NCBI GenBank assembly: GCA_000965745.1
Contig: CP009479.1
Location: forward strand, 1,312,001 to 1,376,000
Direction of reading: 5' to 3'
Length of the DNA: 64,000 bases
DNA from: an uncultured archaeon
Lineage (GTDB): Archaea; Thermoplasmatota; Thermoplasmata; Thermoplasmatales; Thermoplasmataceae
The notes under the pieces were generated by a model. The model was not told the DNA's origin. It did no database searches and saw nothing but the letters and a program-made list of their open reading frames with translations. Within the stretch, counting starts at the first letter, position 1, and every line of letters starts with the position of its first letter. Made by a program: the position numbers and the translations under genes. This document shows positions 20,340-29,937 of the stretch, one piece after another.

Positions 20340-20753
20340 ATGTCCGATATCAACCTGCTGAAAAAGGAAGGTTCTTCCTGCACTGAGCTGCTTGAATGTT
20401 TCTATGACCTTAGTGCAAACGAATGTGAAGCATTCTACAAAATTGCTGCAATGGAGAAGGTGACACTGGACGAACTCTCGTCAATCATAGCAAGAGACCG
20501 AAGCACGACACATCGGCTCTTGCAGAAGCTTGTTGGGCTCGGCCTGTGCTACAAGGAGAAAATGACACTGGAAAGGGGCGGATATATTCACGTCTACAGG
20601 GCTCCAAGTACTTCAAGAGTTAAAAAACAGCTTGAAAAAAGGATTACGGAATACATGGAGGATTTGAACATACTGGCGTCCAGGATAGAAGACGACCTGG
20701 AAGTAAGAATAAACAGCCACAAGAAAATCTCCAATACGAGGTCAGAACAGTAA
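20340..20753 (+). CDS. Winged-HTH transcriptional regulator (TrmB-like), Cys-rich N-terminus
   Basis: TLDELSSIIARDRSTTHRLLQKLVGLGL HTH; GGYIHVY wing; CTELLECFYDL. Confidence 0.85.
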   Translation: MSDINLLKKEGSSCTELLECFYDLSANECEAFYKIAAMEKVTLDELSSIIARDRSTTHRLLQKLVGLGLCYKEKMTLERGGYIHVYRAPSTSRVKKQLEKRITEYMEDLNILASRIEDDLEVRINSHKKISNTRSEQ

Positions 20754-20782
20754 ATTCAGGAATAGTCGATGAAAAACTGGCT

Positions 20783-20830
20783 TACCCGGCTTGCAAGTGT
20801 TCGCACAAGCCGGACTGCCAAATCCGGGTA
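20783..20830. terminator. GC-rich stem-loop region between convergent genes
   Basis: CCGGCTTG/CAAGCCGG 8-bp stem; alternative TACCCGG/CCGGGTA pairing; T-run follows on the minus strand. Confidence 0.45.
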
Positions 20831-20845
20831 GAAGTGGATTGGTAT

Positions 20846-21055
20846 TTATTTTGGAACAATTCTTACTACGTTGCTGCCCCTTATCACAACAGTGCCTAAC
20901 TTTCTTGTCAGGCTTTCATTGCTTTCCTCAACATCTTCAAGGACCATGTTCATGTATTCGTCATAGCCTGAAAGGACTCCTTCCAGTACCCTGTTATCTT
21001 TTAGCAACAATGCAACTCTCTTGTTCAAACTTTCTTCCAGCATTTTCATAGGCAT
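20846..21055 (-). CDS. Sm-like (Lsm/SmAP) RNA-binding protein
   Basis: Sm1 (LKD.R.LEG.L.GYDEYMNMVL) and Sm2 (VIRGSNV) motifs. Confidence 0.93.
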   Translation of the reverse strand: MPMKMLEESLNKRVALLLKDNRVLEGVLSGYDEYMNMVLEDVEESNESLTRKLGTVVIRGSNVVRIVPK

Positions 21056-21073
21056 GATCAATTCTTGTTCACC

Positions 21074-21238
21074 TCAGTTATATTCGTCGTCATCCAGTCC
21101 TTCTTCTCGGCTCATAATGACCTGAATAAGTCCCCTCAGAACTTCCTTCACGTCATCAAGCTCCCTTCGCATTACGGTGAGCTCATTATTGAGCTTTTCA
21201 ACATCCTTTAGTTTATTCGTATTATTATTACCTTTCAT
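21074..21238 (-). CDS. Small coiled-coil protein with acidic tail (54 aa)
   Basis: ATG at 21238 with GGTGA SD, overlapping the csl4 end; heptad pattern VEKLNNELTVMRRELDDVKEVL. Confidence 0.6.
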   Translation of the reverse strand: MKGNNNTNKLKDVEKLNNELTVMRRELDDVKEVLRGLIQVIMSREEGLDDDEYN

Positions 21239-21836
21239 CAACATCACCAAATTCTTGCACATTTCCATAGTCGTCGGCGAACTTTCTGGACTCATTCCTC
21301 TCGCAGTTCTCGCAATAGAGGGCATTGTTCTTCTCAACTAGGGGCTTTCTGCAGCGGCTGCAGAGGGATTTTACTGCCCCGAAATGCTTACCTGAAACGG
21401 TGACTTCGTAAAACGGAGAAACTCTGCTGAAACGGCCCCTTATTATGTCTCCCACTTTAAACTGTGGAATTCCGCCGCTTTCTCCTCTTCTACCTCTCTG
21501 ACCCATGCTCTTCAGATTGGCGTCGACAATATACTCCTTCAGGACATTGTCTTTGCCGCATATTGCCCCAACTCTTACCGTATCATGCCTGCCATCAATC
21601 TTTATGACCTGGCCATACGCAATATCGCCTGTTCTTGGCATCACTCTTTTCTTGGTGGGTTCCACTGAGATAACAAGATTTTTTTCATCTCTCTTTATAC
21701 GTCCACCTGCAAGGGAAATAACCCTTCCCTGATCATCAATTGTAAACCTTCCCGGGACGTACTCTTCTGTAGTTGAAAGAACATCGCCTGGGAGAGCCCA
21801 ATCCTTAGAATTTTGCTGCTCGTTACTTGTAACCAT
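21228..21836 (-). CDS. csl4: Exosome complex RNA-binding subunit Csl4
   Basis: LPGD.L...EEY.PG N-domain, S1 domain (GDIIRG), Zn ribbon CSRC...CENC, ESRK. Confidence 0.9.
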   Translation of the reverse strand: MVTSNEQQNSKDWALPGDVLSTTEEYVPGRFTIDDQGRVISLAGGRIKRDEKNLVISVEPTKKRVMPRTGDIAYGQVIKIDGRHDTVRVGAICGKDNVLKEYIVDANLKSMGQRGRRGESGGIPQFKVGDIIRGRFSRVSPFYEVTVSGKHFGAVKSLCSRCRKPLVEKNNALYCENCERNESRKFADDYGNVQEFGDVDER

Positions 21837-22005
21837 CGAATTCCCTTCAAAAGCTATTTAGAATGTATTAACGGATATTATTTAACTCTTGTTGCGTGTG
21901 TAGCCCGGGCAATATCCGCAGGATTCCAATGAAGTTCCGTTCCCATAGAGTCAATGGATGGGTTGTATGGTAAACAATAATACCACTACTCAAATTCACC
22001 ACTGA

Positions 22006-23580
22006 ATGATCAAGGATGAAGCCTTCTTCGGTTTTGCCAGAACGGGAGAGCTTAATGGCTTTCAATACCCTGGAATAATGAGATCCGGAAAGGGAGGGCA
22101 AATTGTAGCAACAGGAACTGAAATTGAAGTTCTGGGAGAGAAGATACAAAGGAGGATATTCTACCCCGACGCAATAGAATCTTCTGGTTCAGACCGTTTT
22201 CTGACTCTTGAGAATTTGGTATTGATTCCCAATGGGATCGAACTTCTCCAGAGGCCTGCAAAGCTTATTGAAAGAATTCACCAGGTGCGGAAGAGCTTGG
22301 GATTTGGCAAACTGATTTATGTTCAGGGAATTTCTGACCCTTACCTGATTCCGGCCCTCGTATATGCAGGCGTACAGCTTTTCGATGATTCATACCCGGT
22401 AGCAGAAGGGCTGGAAGGCATCAAGTACACAATGTTTGGAAAATCCAAGAGCGATCAAAACACGGTGGAAGAAAACACTTCATTCATCGAAGCGGAATCT
22501 GCCCTCCTAAGAAAGTCGATAGAAAACGGGACTCTCCGGGAGATCGTTGAGAAATTTGCATTTTCAAGCAAAGCACTTGAAATAATGAGAATTCTGGACC
22601 GCTACTATTATGCAGAGATGGAGGCGGTTTATCCTGTGAGAACACCGTACATCAAGGCAAACGGTATTGAAGCACTTGAACGCCCCGATCTGAAGAGGTA
22701 CAGGGAGAAACTGTCATCGGAATTCAAAAAACCTGATGATGTAAGAATTGCACTCATTATGCCATGTTCGGCAAGAAAACCCTATTCAACCTCAAAATCA
22801 CACCAGGCGATTCTATCTAGAATTTCCGACTTCAGGAGGTATATTCATGAAATAATCGTCACCTCTCCCGTAGGGGTTGTTCCAAGGGAGCTGGAAGACT
22901 CCTACCCTGCGCGTTTCTACGACATCCCCGTTATTGGGATGTGGTATGAAGAGGAGAAGAAGATGATGTCTGATCTCCTTTTGCAATACTTCAAGAGAAA
23001 CACCTATGACAAGGTGATAGCATTCATACCGGAAGACCTTAACTTCATTATACCATCACTTCCTGCAGGTTCTGAAGTAATATCCGGTGGCGCTTCAGTA
23101 ACAGGCAATTTGAGTAAACTGAAGTCTGCCTTGAAAGAATCAGTCTCCCTGTACGGAAAGGAGAAGCCGTCTGACCGGAGGCTCGAAACATACAGATCTA
23201 TAGCCGCGTTCCAGTTTGGAAACTGGATCAGGGATTATCTATCTGGCGCCAAGATAATCAACAGCTACAACCAGGATATGTTGACCCTCAAGGGCAACAT
23301 CCTTCTTGTATACAACAGGGAGCTTGGAAAATTCACTATAAACAAACGATCCGCTGAGTTCTTCCTGGAACAGGGAAGGTACCTGGTGGAGATTGACAAC
23401 TTCAAGCCCACAGCAAACGTGTACGCTGTTGGCGTGCTTGACTGCACAAGTGATGTAAGGCCGGAAGATGAGGTCGTGCTTACCCACAAAGGTGAAATAA
23501 AGGGAGTGGGGATCGCCAAGATGCCTCCTGATGCGATGAAACAGCTTAAAAAGGGGACTGCTGTCAAGGTCAGGAACTAG
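22006..23580 (+). CDS. arcS: Archaeosine synthase alpha subunit (TGT paralog with DUF5591 and PUA domains)
   Basis: PCSARKPYSTSKSH motif, TSP.GVVPRELE, YDIPV.G.W, C-terminal PUA domain. Confidence 0.88.
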   Translation: MIKDEAFFGFARTGELNGFQYPGIMRSGKGGQIVATGTEIEVLGEKIQRRIFYPDAIESSGSDRFLTLENLVLIPNGIELLQRPAKLIERIHQVRKSLGFGKLIYVQGISDPYLIPALVYAGVQLFDDSYPVAEGLEGIKYTMFGKSKSDQNTVEENTSFIEAESALLRKSIENGTLREIVEKFAFSSKALEIMRILDRYYYAEMEAVYPVRTPYIKANGIEALERPDLKRYREKLSSEFKKPDDVRIALIMPCSARKPYSTSKSHQAILSRISDFRRYIHEIIVTSPVGVVPRELEDSYPARFYDIPVIGMWYEEEKKMMSDLLLQYFKRNTYDKVIAFIPEDLNFIIPSLPAGSEVISGGASVTGNLSKLKSALKESVSLYGKEKPSDRRLETYRSIAAFQFGNWIRDYLSGAKIINSYNQDMLTLKGNILLVYNRELGKFTINKRSAEFFLEQGRYLVEIDNFKPTANVYAVGVLDCTSDVRPEDEVVLTHKGEIKGVGIAKMPPDAMKQLKKGTAVKVRN

Positions 23581-23598
23581 TTCTCACCGCGCTTCAAG

Positions 23599-26598
23599 GT
23601 GTTATTTCGCACAAAACAAGGAGAAAAGTATTTTATACTTTTATTAACTCGATCGTTGTTGGCGCCCAAATCTATTGCTCTTCTTGTGGTTGGGGTAATC
23701 ATAATCTCGACACTGTTCAGTGTGTTCCAGGTCACTTACCCAACGGGAAACCCGGTATTGTCGCCAATTCAACCTAAACAATACCAGCTTTTCAAATACC
23801 AGTTTACAGACAAGAACCTTCTTGGAAATTCCTCGACAAGTTTCGTTCCAACTGGCAACGGAACCATAACCATTGAAGGGTATGTGCATTCCAGCAATGG
23901 CTCATCAAACACTCCAATATCAGATGCCTATCTCTACGCAGCAGTATTTCCTGCGGAGTCTGATTATTATACGAATTCAAATGGTTTTTACCAGATCACG
24001 GTGATAAAGTATGGCCATGGAACCTTTGCTTTCCAGGTTCCCGGTTTCAACCCGAAATTATTCAAACTCGATCTGTACGGGTCGAGCGTGTACTGGCTCA
24101 ATATTTCGTTAAATCCAGCCCAGAAGTATAATATCAGCGGAACTACAGTTGATCAGGGTGGCCATCTAGTTCCTAACGCTAAACTGACCTTTTCAGATTT
24201 TGTCCAGACGTTTACAGTCGAATCTTCCAAGGCAGGCGGTTATTCACTGTCGCTTTATAATGGAACATACATTATATCAGTAACCAAGCCGGGATTTGCA
24301 AATCAGCCCAAGCCGTACATGCTTGTTGTGAATGGCATCGGAAATTCAAATTTCAAGTTGACGCTGAAGTCTCTGTCAACTCCAAGTTATTATGTCAGCG
24401 GATATGTGCACAACGTAAAGGGCGCACTAATCAAAGGTGCTTCAGTAACATCATCGCTGATAAATAGCACGTCGCAGACCAATTCATCGGGTTATTATGT
24501 CATAGAAGTTCCATTCGGTTCCAACACGATAATAGCATTCGCCAACGGATACGGGTATAATTACACCCAGGTGTACGTGAGGGCAAACCTGACGGACATT
24601 AATCTCACTCTCACCAACAATAACCCGTTTGGAAACTCTGGCCCGAACAGCATAAATGGCACGGGAACTTCCGGGCTGCCGCCCGGCGCTGTGAAGAACA
24701 TAACGGGGGCCCTGGGAAACAAGACATCCAGTGTCAATTACGGGAATAACAGCTCCGGCAGCAATGGAAATTCCGGAGGCTCAAATGGCGGGTCAGGATC
24801 AGGAATCATCCTTCAGGGTAACGTGACGAACAGCAACAATTCCGCACCGGTCGCGGATACCTACCTGTATTTCTATGTAAACGTGAACGGGACGTATTAT
24901 TATGAAGGTGTTATGACAAACAGCACCGGCTATTATTCGATTGTTGTGGCATACAAAGGCCACTACAACTTCTACGTGTACTCCCCACTTTATGAGAATT
25001 ATTCATTTGGAACGTGGATAAATGGCACTTCACAAAAGGATTTCAACCTTACGCCATTGCCTGGCACCACCTACAAGGTCAGCGGTGAGGTTGTGAATAA
25101 TCTGGACGGAGTGGGCATACCTGCCAAGGTGACGGTATATGCATTCGGCTCTCTCAGCCCCATGATGCAGGCCGGAGCCAACGGCACAGGCAATTATGCC
25201 TTATATCTCATTAAGGGCAACTACTCCATGAAAGCATCTTCGTATGGGTTCTCATCATCATGGAACAACTCATCCATGCAACCTCTTTCAGTTAATCTCC
25301 TGAAAGATTTCAGCCTTAACCCCGTTTCCACACTGGGATCCAGTACTTCACTGTGGAACCAGTCAGGGTCAACGGGCATGCCCGGAGTATCATCCTCCAA
25401 CGTCTCATCCCAGCTAAGCAATTCCAGTGGTGGCAACAGCCTTGCAACTGGTGTGAAGGCAGTTACTCTTACCATGCACATGGTAAATGCGACTGACAAT
25501 TCCTCCCTTGTAAATATGCAATATGAGCTTTTCATCAAGCTGAACTCTGTCGTCTACAAATACAACGGCAATACGAACCAGACTGGCAACTCAACTATAC
25601 TCCTGGGGTATGGCGGCAATTACTCGCTGTTGGTTGAGACCTTCTACTACTATGGCAAGACCGTATCTATCAACATGACCAAGAATACCAGCACAGTGAT
25701 GTACCTTCACCCAAGGGCGGTACACACATTGAATGCAACTCTTGTAAACGCATATAACCTTACGGGTGGAATTAATGTAACAGTCCCTGTCACTTACCTT
25801 AACATAACTAACTACAAACAGAGTTTATATAGGACTTCCACGAAAGAGATAACAGGTGTTGGAACGGTGTTTGACTACTCGCTGCCAAAGGGTAACTATT
25901 CGTTTGCCTACAACAACGTGAACTATGTAACCCATAGCTTCTCTGCAAACATAAGCAACGCCCCTAACAGTACAATACAGCACATAAAGCCATATCTGGT
26001 AATAGTGAATTCAAATTCATCGGCAGCCTTCACTTACAGCTTAATCCCGGCCAGACAGAATGCTGTTGCTGTATCGCCAAATTCAAGTTATCAGGAGTTC
26101 TATGCGGGTCAGGCAAATCTGCAGTATTCATTCAGCGCATATCTTGGAAACAATCTGGTCGCCGGCAAGATCTTCACTCTTTCTGCGGCTAAGCCTGTAA
26201 GCAACCTTTATCTGAACATAACCGGCGGCTCCAGAAATGAAACGCAGAATTACTGGAGTGTCTACCCCGTACAGAATTCATCAGTCAAGGTTACCACATC
26301 ATATGATTATCAGAACACGCAGAATGTGTACATCTATGCGCTGGCAGTCAACTACACCCTGGGGAGCGGACTGGTGCTGGAGATCAACGGCGCAGTGCAG
26401 AACAATATAATCAGGAATGGAAACGGAGTATCATTCTCCACATATTATGCATACAAAGGCGGAGTGATGAATACCAGCTTCCAGTCTTCATACGGGATCT
26501 CATCCGCTCCAACATACCAGGAACTGGAGTTTTCGGCTATGACCGTTTACTATTACACTCCAGTTTTTGCTTATGCAACATCATCAGGAGGAAACTGA
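23599..26598 (+). CDS. Large surface/secreted glycoprotein with repeated carboxypeptidase-regulatory-like beta-sandwich domains
   Basis: N-terminal hydrophobic helix; repeated ISG.V.D/N...GA.V...TNS.GYY.I units; very many N-x-S/T sequons; Gly/Ser/Asn linkers; true start may be a TTG near 23656-23659. Confidence 0.8.
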   Translation: MLFRTKQGEKYFILLLTRSLLAPKSIALLVVGVIIISTLFSVFQVTYPTGNPVLSPIQPKQYQLFKYQFTDKNLLGNSSTSFVPTGNGTITIEGYVHSSNGSSNTPISDAYLYAAVFPAESDYYTNSNGFYQITVIKYGHGTFAFQVPGFNPKLFKLDLYGSSVYWLNISLNPAQKYNISGTTVDQGGHLVPNAKLTFSDFVQTFTVESSKAGGYSLSLYNGTYIISVTKPGFANQPKPYMLVVNGIGNSNFKLTLKSLSTPSYYVSGYVHNVKGALIKGASVTSSLINSTSQTNSSGYYVIEVPFGSNTIIAFANGYGYNYTQVYVRANLTDINLTLTNNNPFGNSGPNSINGTGTSGLPPGAVKNITGALGNKTSSVNYGNNSSGSNGNSGGSNGGSGSGIILQGNVTNSNNSAPVADTYLYFYVNVNGTYYYEGVMTNSTGYYSIVVAYKGHYNFYVYSPLYENYSFGTWINGTSQKDFNLTPLPGTTYKVSGEVVNNLDGVGIPAKVTVYAFGSLSPMMQAGANGTGNYALYLIKGNYSMKASSYGFSSSWNNSSMQPLSVNLLKDFSLNPVSTLGSSTSLWNQSGSTGMPGVSSSNVSSQLSNSSGGNSLATGVKAVTLTMHMVNATDNSSLVNMQYELFIKLNSVVYKYNGNTNQTGNSTILLGYGGNYSLLVETFYYYGKTVSINMTKNTSTVMYLHPRAVHTLNATLVNAYNLTGGINVTVPVTYLNITNYKQSLYRTSTKEITGVGTVFDYSLPKGNYSFAYNNVNYVTHSFSANISNAPNSTIQHIKPYLVIVNSNSSAAFTYSLIPARQNAVAVSPNSSYQEFYAGQANLQYSFSAYLGNNLVAGKIFTLSAAKPVSNLYLNITGGSRNETQNYWSVYPVQNSSVKVTTSYDYQNTQNVYIYALAVNYTLGSGLVLEINGAVQNNIIRNGNGVSFSTYYAYKGGVMNTSFQSSYGISSAPTYQELEFSAMTVYYYTPVFAYATSSGGN

Positions 26599-26599
26599 C

Positions 26600-27172
26600 G
26601 TGGCACTTTTCGGTTCAGGTAAAGAAAAAGACGTAGTCAAGAAAGTTAGGAAGAAAAAAAAGGGGAAAGAATTGGCATCGAGCGTCAAGACTGTCATTGA
26701 GATAAAGACAGTCGGTGACATACCACCAATAGTTGAGGCAAGGCAGGCTGTCAGCGAAGGTGAGCTCAACCAGGCTGCCATCAACGGTTTCCGCACCATG
26801 AAGAAGGATTACATCAGATATTTCAGGGTTGATCCGATTGCAGGCGGCAGCAACCGTGATTTTATCATCAAAACACTCACGTCAATGGGCGTGGACGTCA
26901 GCGAGAGGGCCTTTGTCGACAATCTGGCAATAACAGAAGCCCTGGATGGTGACGAAGAAGCTGAGGAGAACGTGAAGGCCAAGTACAATGCCCTTCGCAA
27001 GCTGACAAGATTCTATCTTGATTATTATGAGAAGGCAAGATTTTCGCATGATCTTCACGGGGACGGGGATGATATTGTAGACAGGATGATTGAAGTGTAC
27101 AACTACATGGACATCATGTACCTGTATTTCCCTGAAGCAAATATGAAGAGGGAAATGGGGAATGGTACTTAG
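26600..27172 (+). CDS. Hypothetical protein, DUF4129-like
   Basis: GTG at 26600 after SD GGAGG; AINGFRTM...SNRDFI...LRKLTRFYLDYYEKARFS resembles DUF4129. Confidence 0.6.
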   Translation: MALFGSGKEKDVVKKVRKKKKGKELASSVKTVIEIKTVGDIPPIVEARQAVSEGELNQAAINGFRTMKKDYIRYFRVDPIAGGSNRDFIIKTLTSMGVDVSERAFVDNLAITEALDGDEEAEENVKAKYNALRKLTRFYLDYYEKARFSHDLHGDGDDIVDRMIEVYNYMDIMYLYFPEANMKREMGNGT

Positions 27173-27665
27173 TATTCTCGGGGGACTTCAAGGAGTTTTT
27201 TCTACGTTTATCTCAAATATAGAGTCTTACCCACTCATACTGATGAGATTTCTCGTTCCCGTACTACTTCTTCTGATTGCAACAATGGCTGTGCAGAGGG
27301 TCTCAAAGAAGGAAAAAATAGACTCAACTCCGACAGTGGAGCAGAAGAGAGAACAGTTTGTGGTGCCGGACGACTTTTTCAACAAAGAAGTAGGCTACAT
27401 AACGAATGATGAGTACGAGCATTACCTTCGCCCAATGGAAAATGAATTCAGGAGAATGAAGGAAACGTTCGACCAGTTCAAGGTTCTGGACAAGCTTTAC
27501 AAAAAATATGATGCCAGGACAAGATCAGCCTCGAGAAGGAGAAGAAAAAGGGCACTGGAAATGCGAAGAGAAGTTTTTGACCAGATCCTGGAGCTTTATA
27601 ACTATCTCAGGCAGGTCAGGCTCTCAATTGTTGAGTATGATGAATTTGAAGAGGTGAAGGAATAA
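27162..27665 (+). CDS. Hypothetical single-pass membrane protein with charged helical domain
   Basis: TM segment FLVPVLLLLIATMAV; overlaps both neighbours. Confidence 0.7.
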   Translation: MVLSILGGLQGVFSTFISNIESYPLILMRFLVPVLLLLIATMAVQRVSKKEKIDSTPTVEQKREQFVVPDDFFNKEVGYITNDEYEHYLRPMENEFRRMKETFDQFKVLDKLYKKYDARTRSASRRRRKRALEMRREVFDQILELYNYLRQVRLSIVEYDEFEEVKE

Positions 27666-28633
27666 TGACAGAATTATCTGAAAATAATCTTCTGGAGCTG
27701 AGAAACAACGTTCTCTCAGTCCAGAAGTCAATAGGGCAGAAGGTCATCGGAGCGGAAAGGATAGTCAGGTTCATGTTCATTGCTCTGATGAGCGAAAATC
27801 ATGTCCTTCTTGAGGGCGTTCCGGGACTTGCCAAGACCATGCTCGCAAGCGAGTTCTCGAAGCATCTTGGTATGGAATTCAAGAGGATCCAGTTCACTCC
27901 GGATATGCTTCCGTCGGACGTGACTGGAAGTATTGTGTTCAACCTGGAAACAAGGAAAATGGAATTCAGGCAGGGGCCCATATTCGCCAATGTCCTGCTG
28001 GCAGATGAAATAAACAGGACGCCACCTAAGGTGCACTCTGCCCTTCTCGAGGCTATGGAGGAGAAGCAGGTCTCTGTCGGTGGAAACAGCCAGAAAGTAC
28101 CTGAGCCGTTCCTCGTTATCGCAACGCAGAACCCGATAGAGCAGGAAGGCACATTCCCGCTGGCGGAAGCGCTGATGGACAGGTTCCTTTTCAGATACAT
28201 ACTGACTTACCCGACAAGACAGGAAGAGATGGAAATCCTGAGATCCACATCAACATACAGCGAGCCACCGGGCAGCATACTCGGCCCTGAGCTTGTCATG
28301 CGCCTGAGGGAGGAAGTTTCTGAAGTCTACGCTTCCGAGGAGATAATGAACTATATTGTGGATATAACCAGGAAGACGAGGGAGCATGACATGGTCTACA
28401 TAGGTGCAAGCCCAAGAACAACTGCGAAGTTCCTCAAAGCTGCCAAAGCAAATGCCCTGATAAACGGCCGCAATTATGTGATTCCGGAGGATGTAATCTA
28501 CATCTGCACCGAGATACTGAACCACAGGATAATCATGAAGCCGGAGGCCATGATAGAGAACGGAGCGGATGTGATCTCATCAGTCAGGAAGATAATAAGA
28601 AGGATAGTATCGGAAGTTGAACCTCCACAATGA
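27665..28633 (+). CDS. moxR: MoxR-family AAA+ ATPase
   Basis: HVLLEGVPGLAKT, RIQFTPDMLPSD, LLADEINR, ATQNPIEQEGTFPLAEA.MDRF, GASPR. Confidence 0.95.
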   Translation: MTELSENNLLELRNNVLSVQKSIGQKVIGAERIVRFMFIALMSENHVLLEGVPGLAKTMLASEFSKHLGMEFKRIQFTPDMLPSDVTGSIVFNLETRKMEFRQGPIFANVLLADEINRTPPKVHSALLEAMEEKQVSVGGNSQKVPEPFLVIATQNPIEQEGTFPLAEALMDRFLFRYILTYPTRQEEMEILRSTSTYSEPPGSILGPELVMRLREEVSEVYASEEIMNYIVDITRKTREHDMVYIGASPRTTAKFLKAAKANALINGRNYVIPEDVIYICTEILNHRIIMKPEAMIENGADVISSVRKIIRRIVSEVEPPQ

Positions 28634-29937
28634 TAAGGAAAACTGGCTGGCTGCTGCTCTCAGTTACATCTTACGGGGTCCTTGAATCCATCCTGCTCGG
28701 GTACAGTTACTACATAATCTTCTCGATGATCATATTCTTCATCGTGGCATCAGATATACTGATATTCAATCTATCAGACGTCAAAGACCTTCATCTTGTT
28801 GATGTCGAGAGGACGATTGACAACACCAGTGCCAGGAAGTGGCAGGAGAGGGAAATCCGCCTGAAATTCACCAACACCTCGAGGAAAACAATATTTTTCC
28901 ACTATTATGACACACTTTCGGACGTATTCAGGGCAAGAGACGATTTTGAAGGCGCCATCGGGCTTACCAGGGGCCAGTCTGTGGAAAAGGTTTATTACCT
29001 GTCGTCAACAGCGATTGGCAAGTATAATGTAGGTCCGGTTAAGCTCTATGTGGAGGACCCAATGAAACTCTGCCTCGGGGTCCGTGCTGCGAGGAAAATA
29101 ACAGAACTTAAGGTTTCTCCTGCTACAAGTGAAATACATACTCAGAGGAGTGAAAGGCTCAGCAACTTTGTCTTCACCCAGGGTATGCATTTTTCAAAGA
29201 AGGTGGGACAGGGTTACGACTTCTATGGACTCAGAAATTACGATCAGTCCGATGATTTTCGGTATATAGCATGGAGCAGGTACGGCCTGATCAACGGTGA
29301 AGACCTTTACATAAAGCAGATGGAGGAAGAGAGGCAGATAGATGTCATGTTCGTCCTTGACTACAGCATAAATGTTAATCAGGGAACTCCTGACAGGCGC
29401 ATGTACGACACCGTCATAACCACTGTGATAAATGCAGCCTACGCTATCCTCAAGAACAGGGACGGCGTAGGATTCAGCATAGATTCATCCATGCATGACT
29501 TCTTCATAAAGCCATCGAAGAGTGAGGCGTCCATAAGGCAGTTTGAAAAAACGGTGGCTGACATAAGGCCAATGGGGCAATTTTACCTCGGCCCTGTACT
29601 TGACAAGATAAAGAAGAGTCTGAAAAAGAACGCACTTGTGCTGATCATATCCCCATTCTCTTATTCAAACGAGCTTTCAAGTGCAATAGACTTCAAAACA
29701 GGAAAGAGGCTTTTCCTATTCCTGCTGGATCCTTACGACTTTGTTGAAATGCGCGATGACGATGTATACAGGAAGCTTATCACGAGCACTGAAGCCAAGC
29801 ACTGGAGATACCTGAAGGGAATTGCAGCCTTCCTGAACAGCGTGGGAATCAAAACATCAATCTCCAGGAGGAAGGACCTCTATGTCCGCCTCATGACGGA
29901 ATACAGCTACGGTAAGATGACTAATGAGGGTGCGTGA
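28630..29937 (+). CDS. DUF58 domain protein (VWA-like, N-terminal TM)
   Basis: G.GYDFYGLRNY..SDDFRYIAW, KQMEEER, VLDYS. Confidence 0.9.
   Translation: MIRKTGWLLLSVTSYGVLESILLGYSYYIIFSMIIFFIVASDILIFNLSDVKDLHLVDVERTIDNTSARKWQEREIRLKFTNTSRKTIFFHYYDTLSDVFRARDDFEGAIGLTRGQSVEKVYYLSSTAIGKYNVGPVKLYVEDPMKLCLGVRAARKITELKVSPATSEIHTQRSERLSNFVFTQGMHFSKKVGQGYDFYGLRNYDQSDDFRYIAWSRYGLINGEDLYIKQMEEERQIDVMFVLDYSINVNQGTPDRRMYDTVITTVINAAYAILKNRDGVGFSIDSSMHDFFIKPSKSEASIRQFEKTVADIRPMGQFYLGPVLDKIKKSLKKNALVLIISPFSYSNELSSAIDFKTGKRLFLFLLDPYDFVEMRDDDVYRKLITSTEAKHWRYLKGIAAFLNSVGIKTSISRRKDLYVRLMTEYSYGKMTNEGA

Noticed and set aside
24740-24805. Low-complexity Gly/Ser/Asn stretch as a tandem repeat or CRISPR-like array
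   Set aside because: No exact nucleotide repeat unit; it is an in-frame protein linker. No CRISPR array or cas genes were seen in the window
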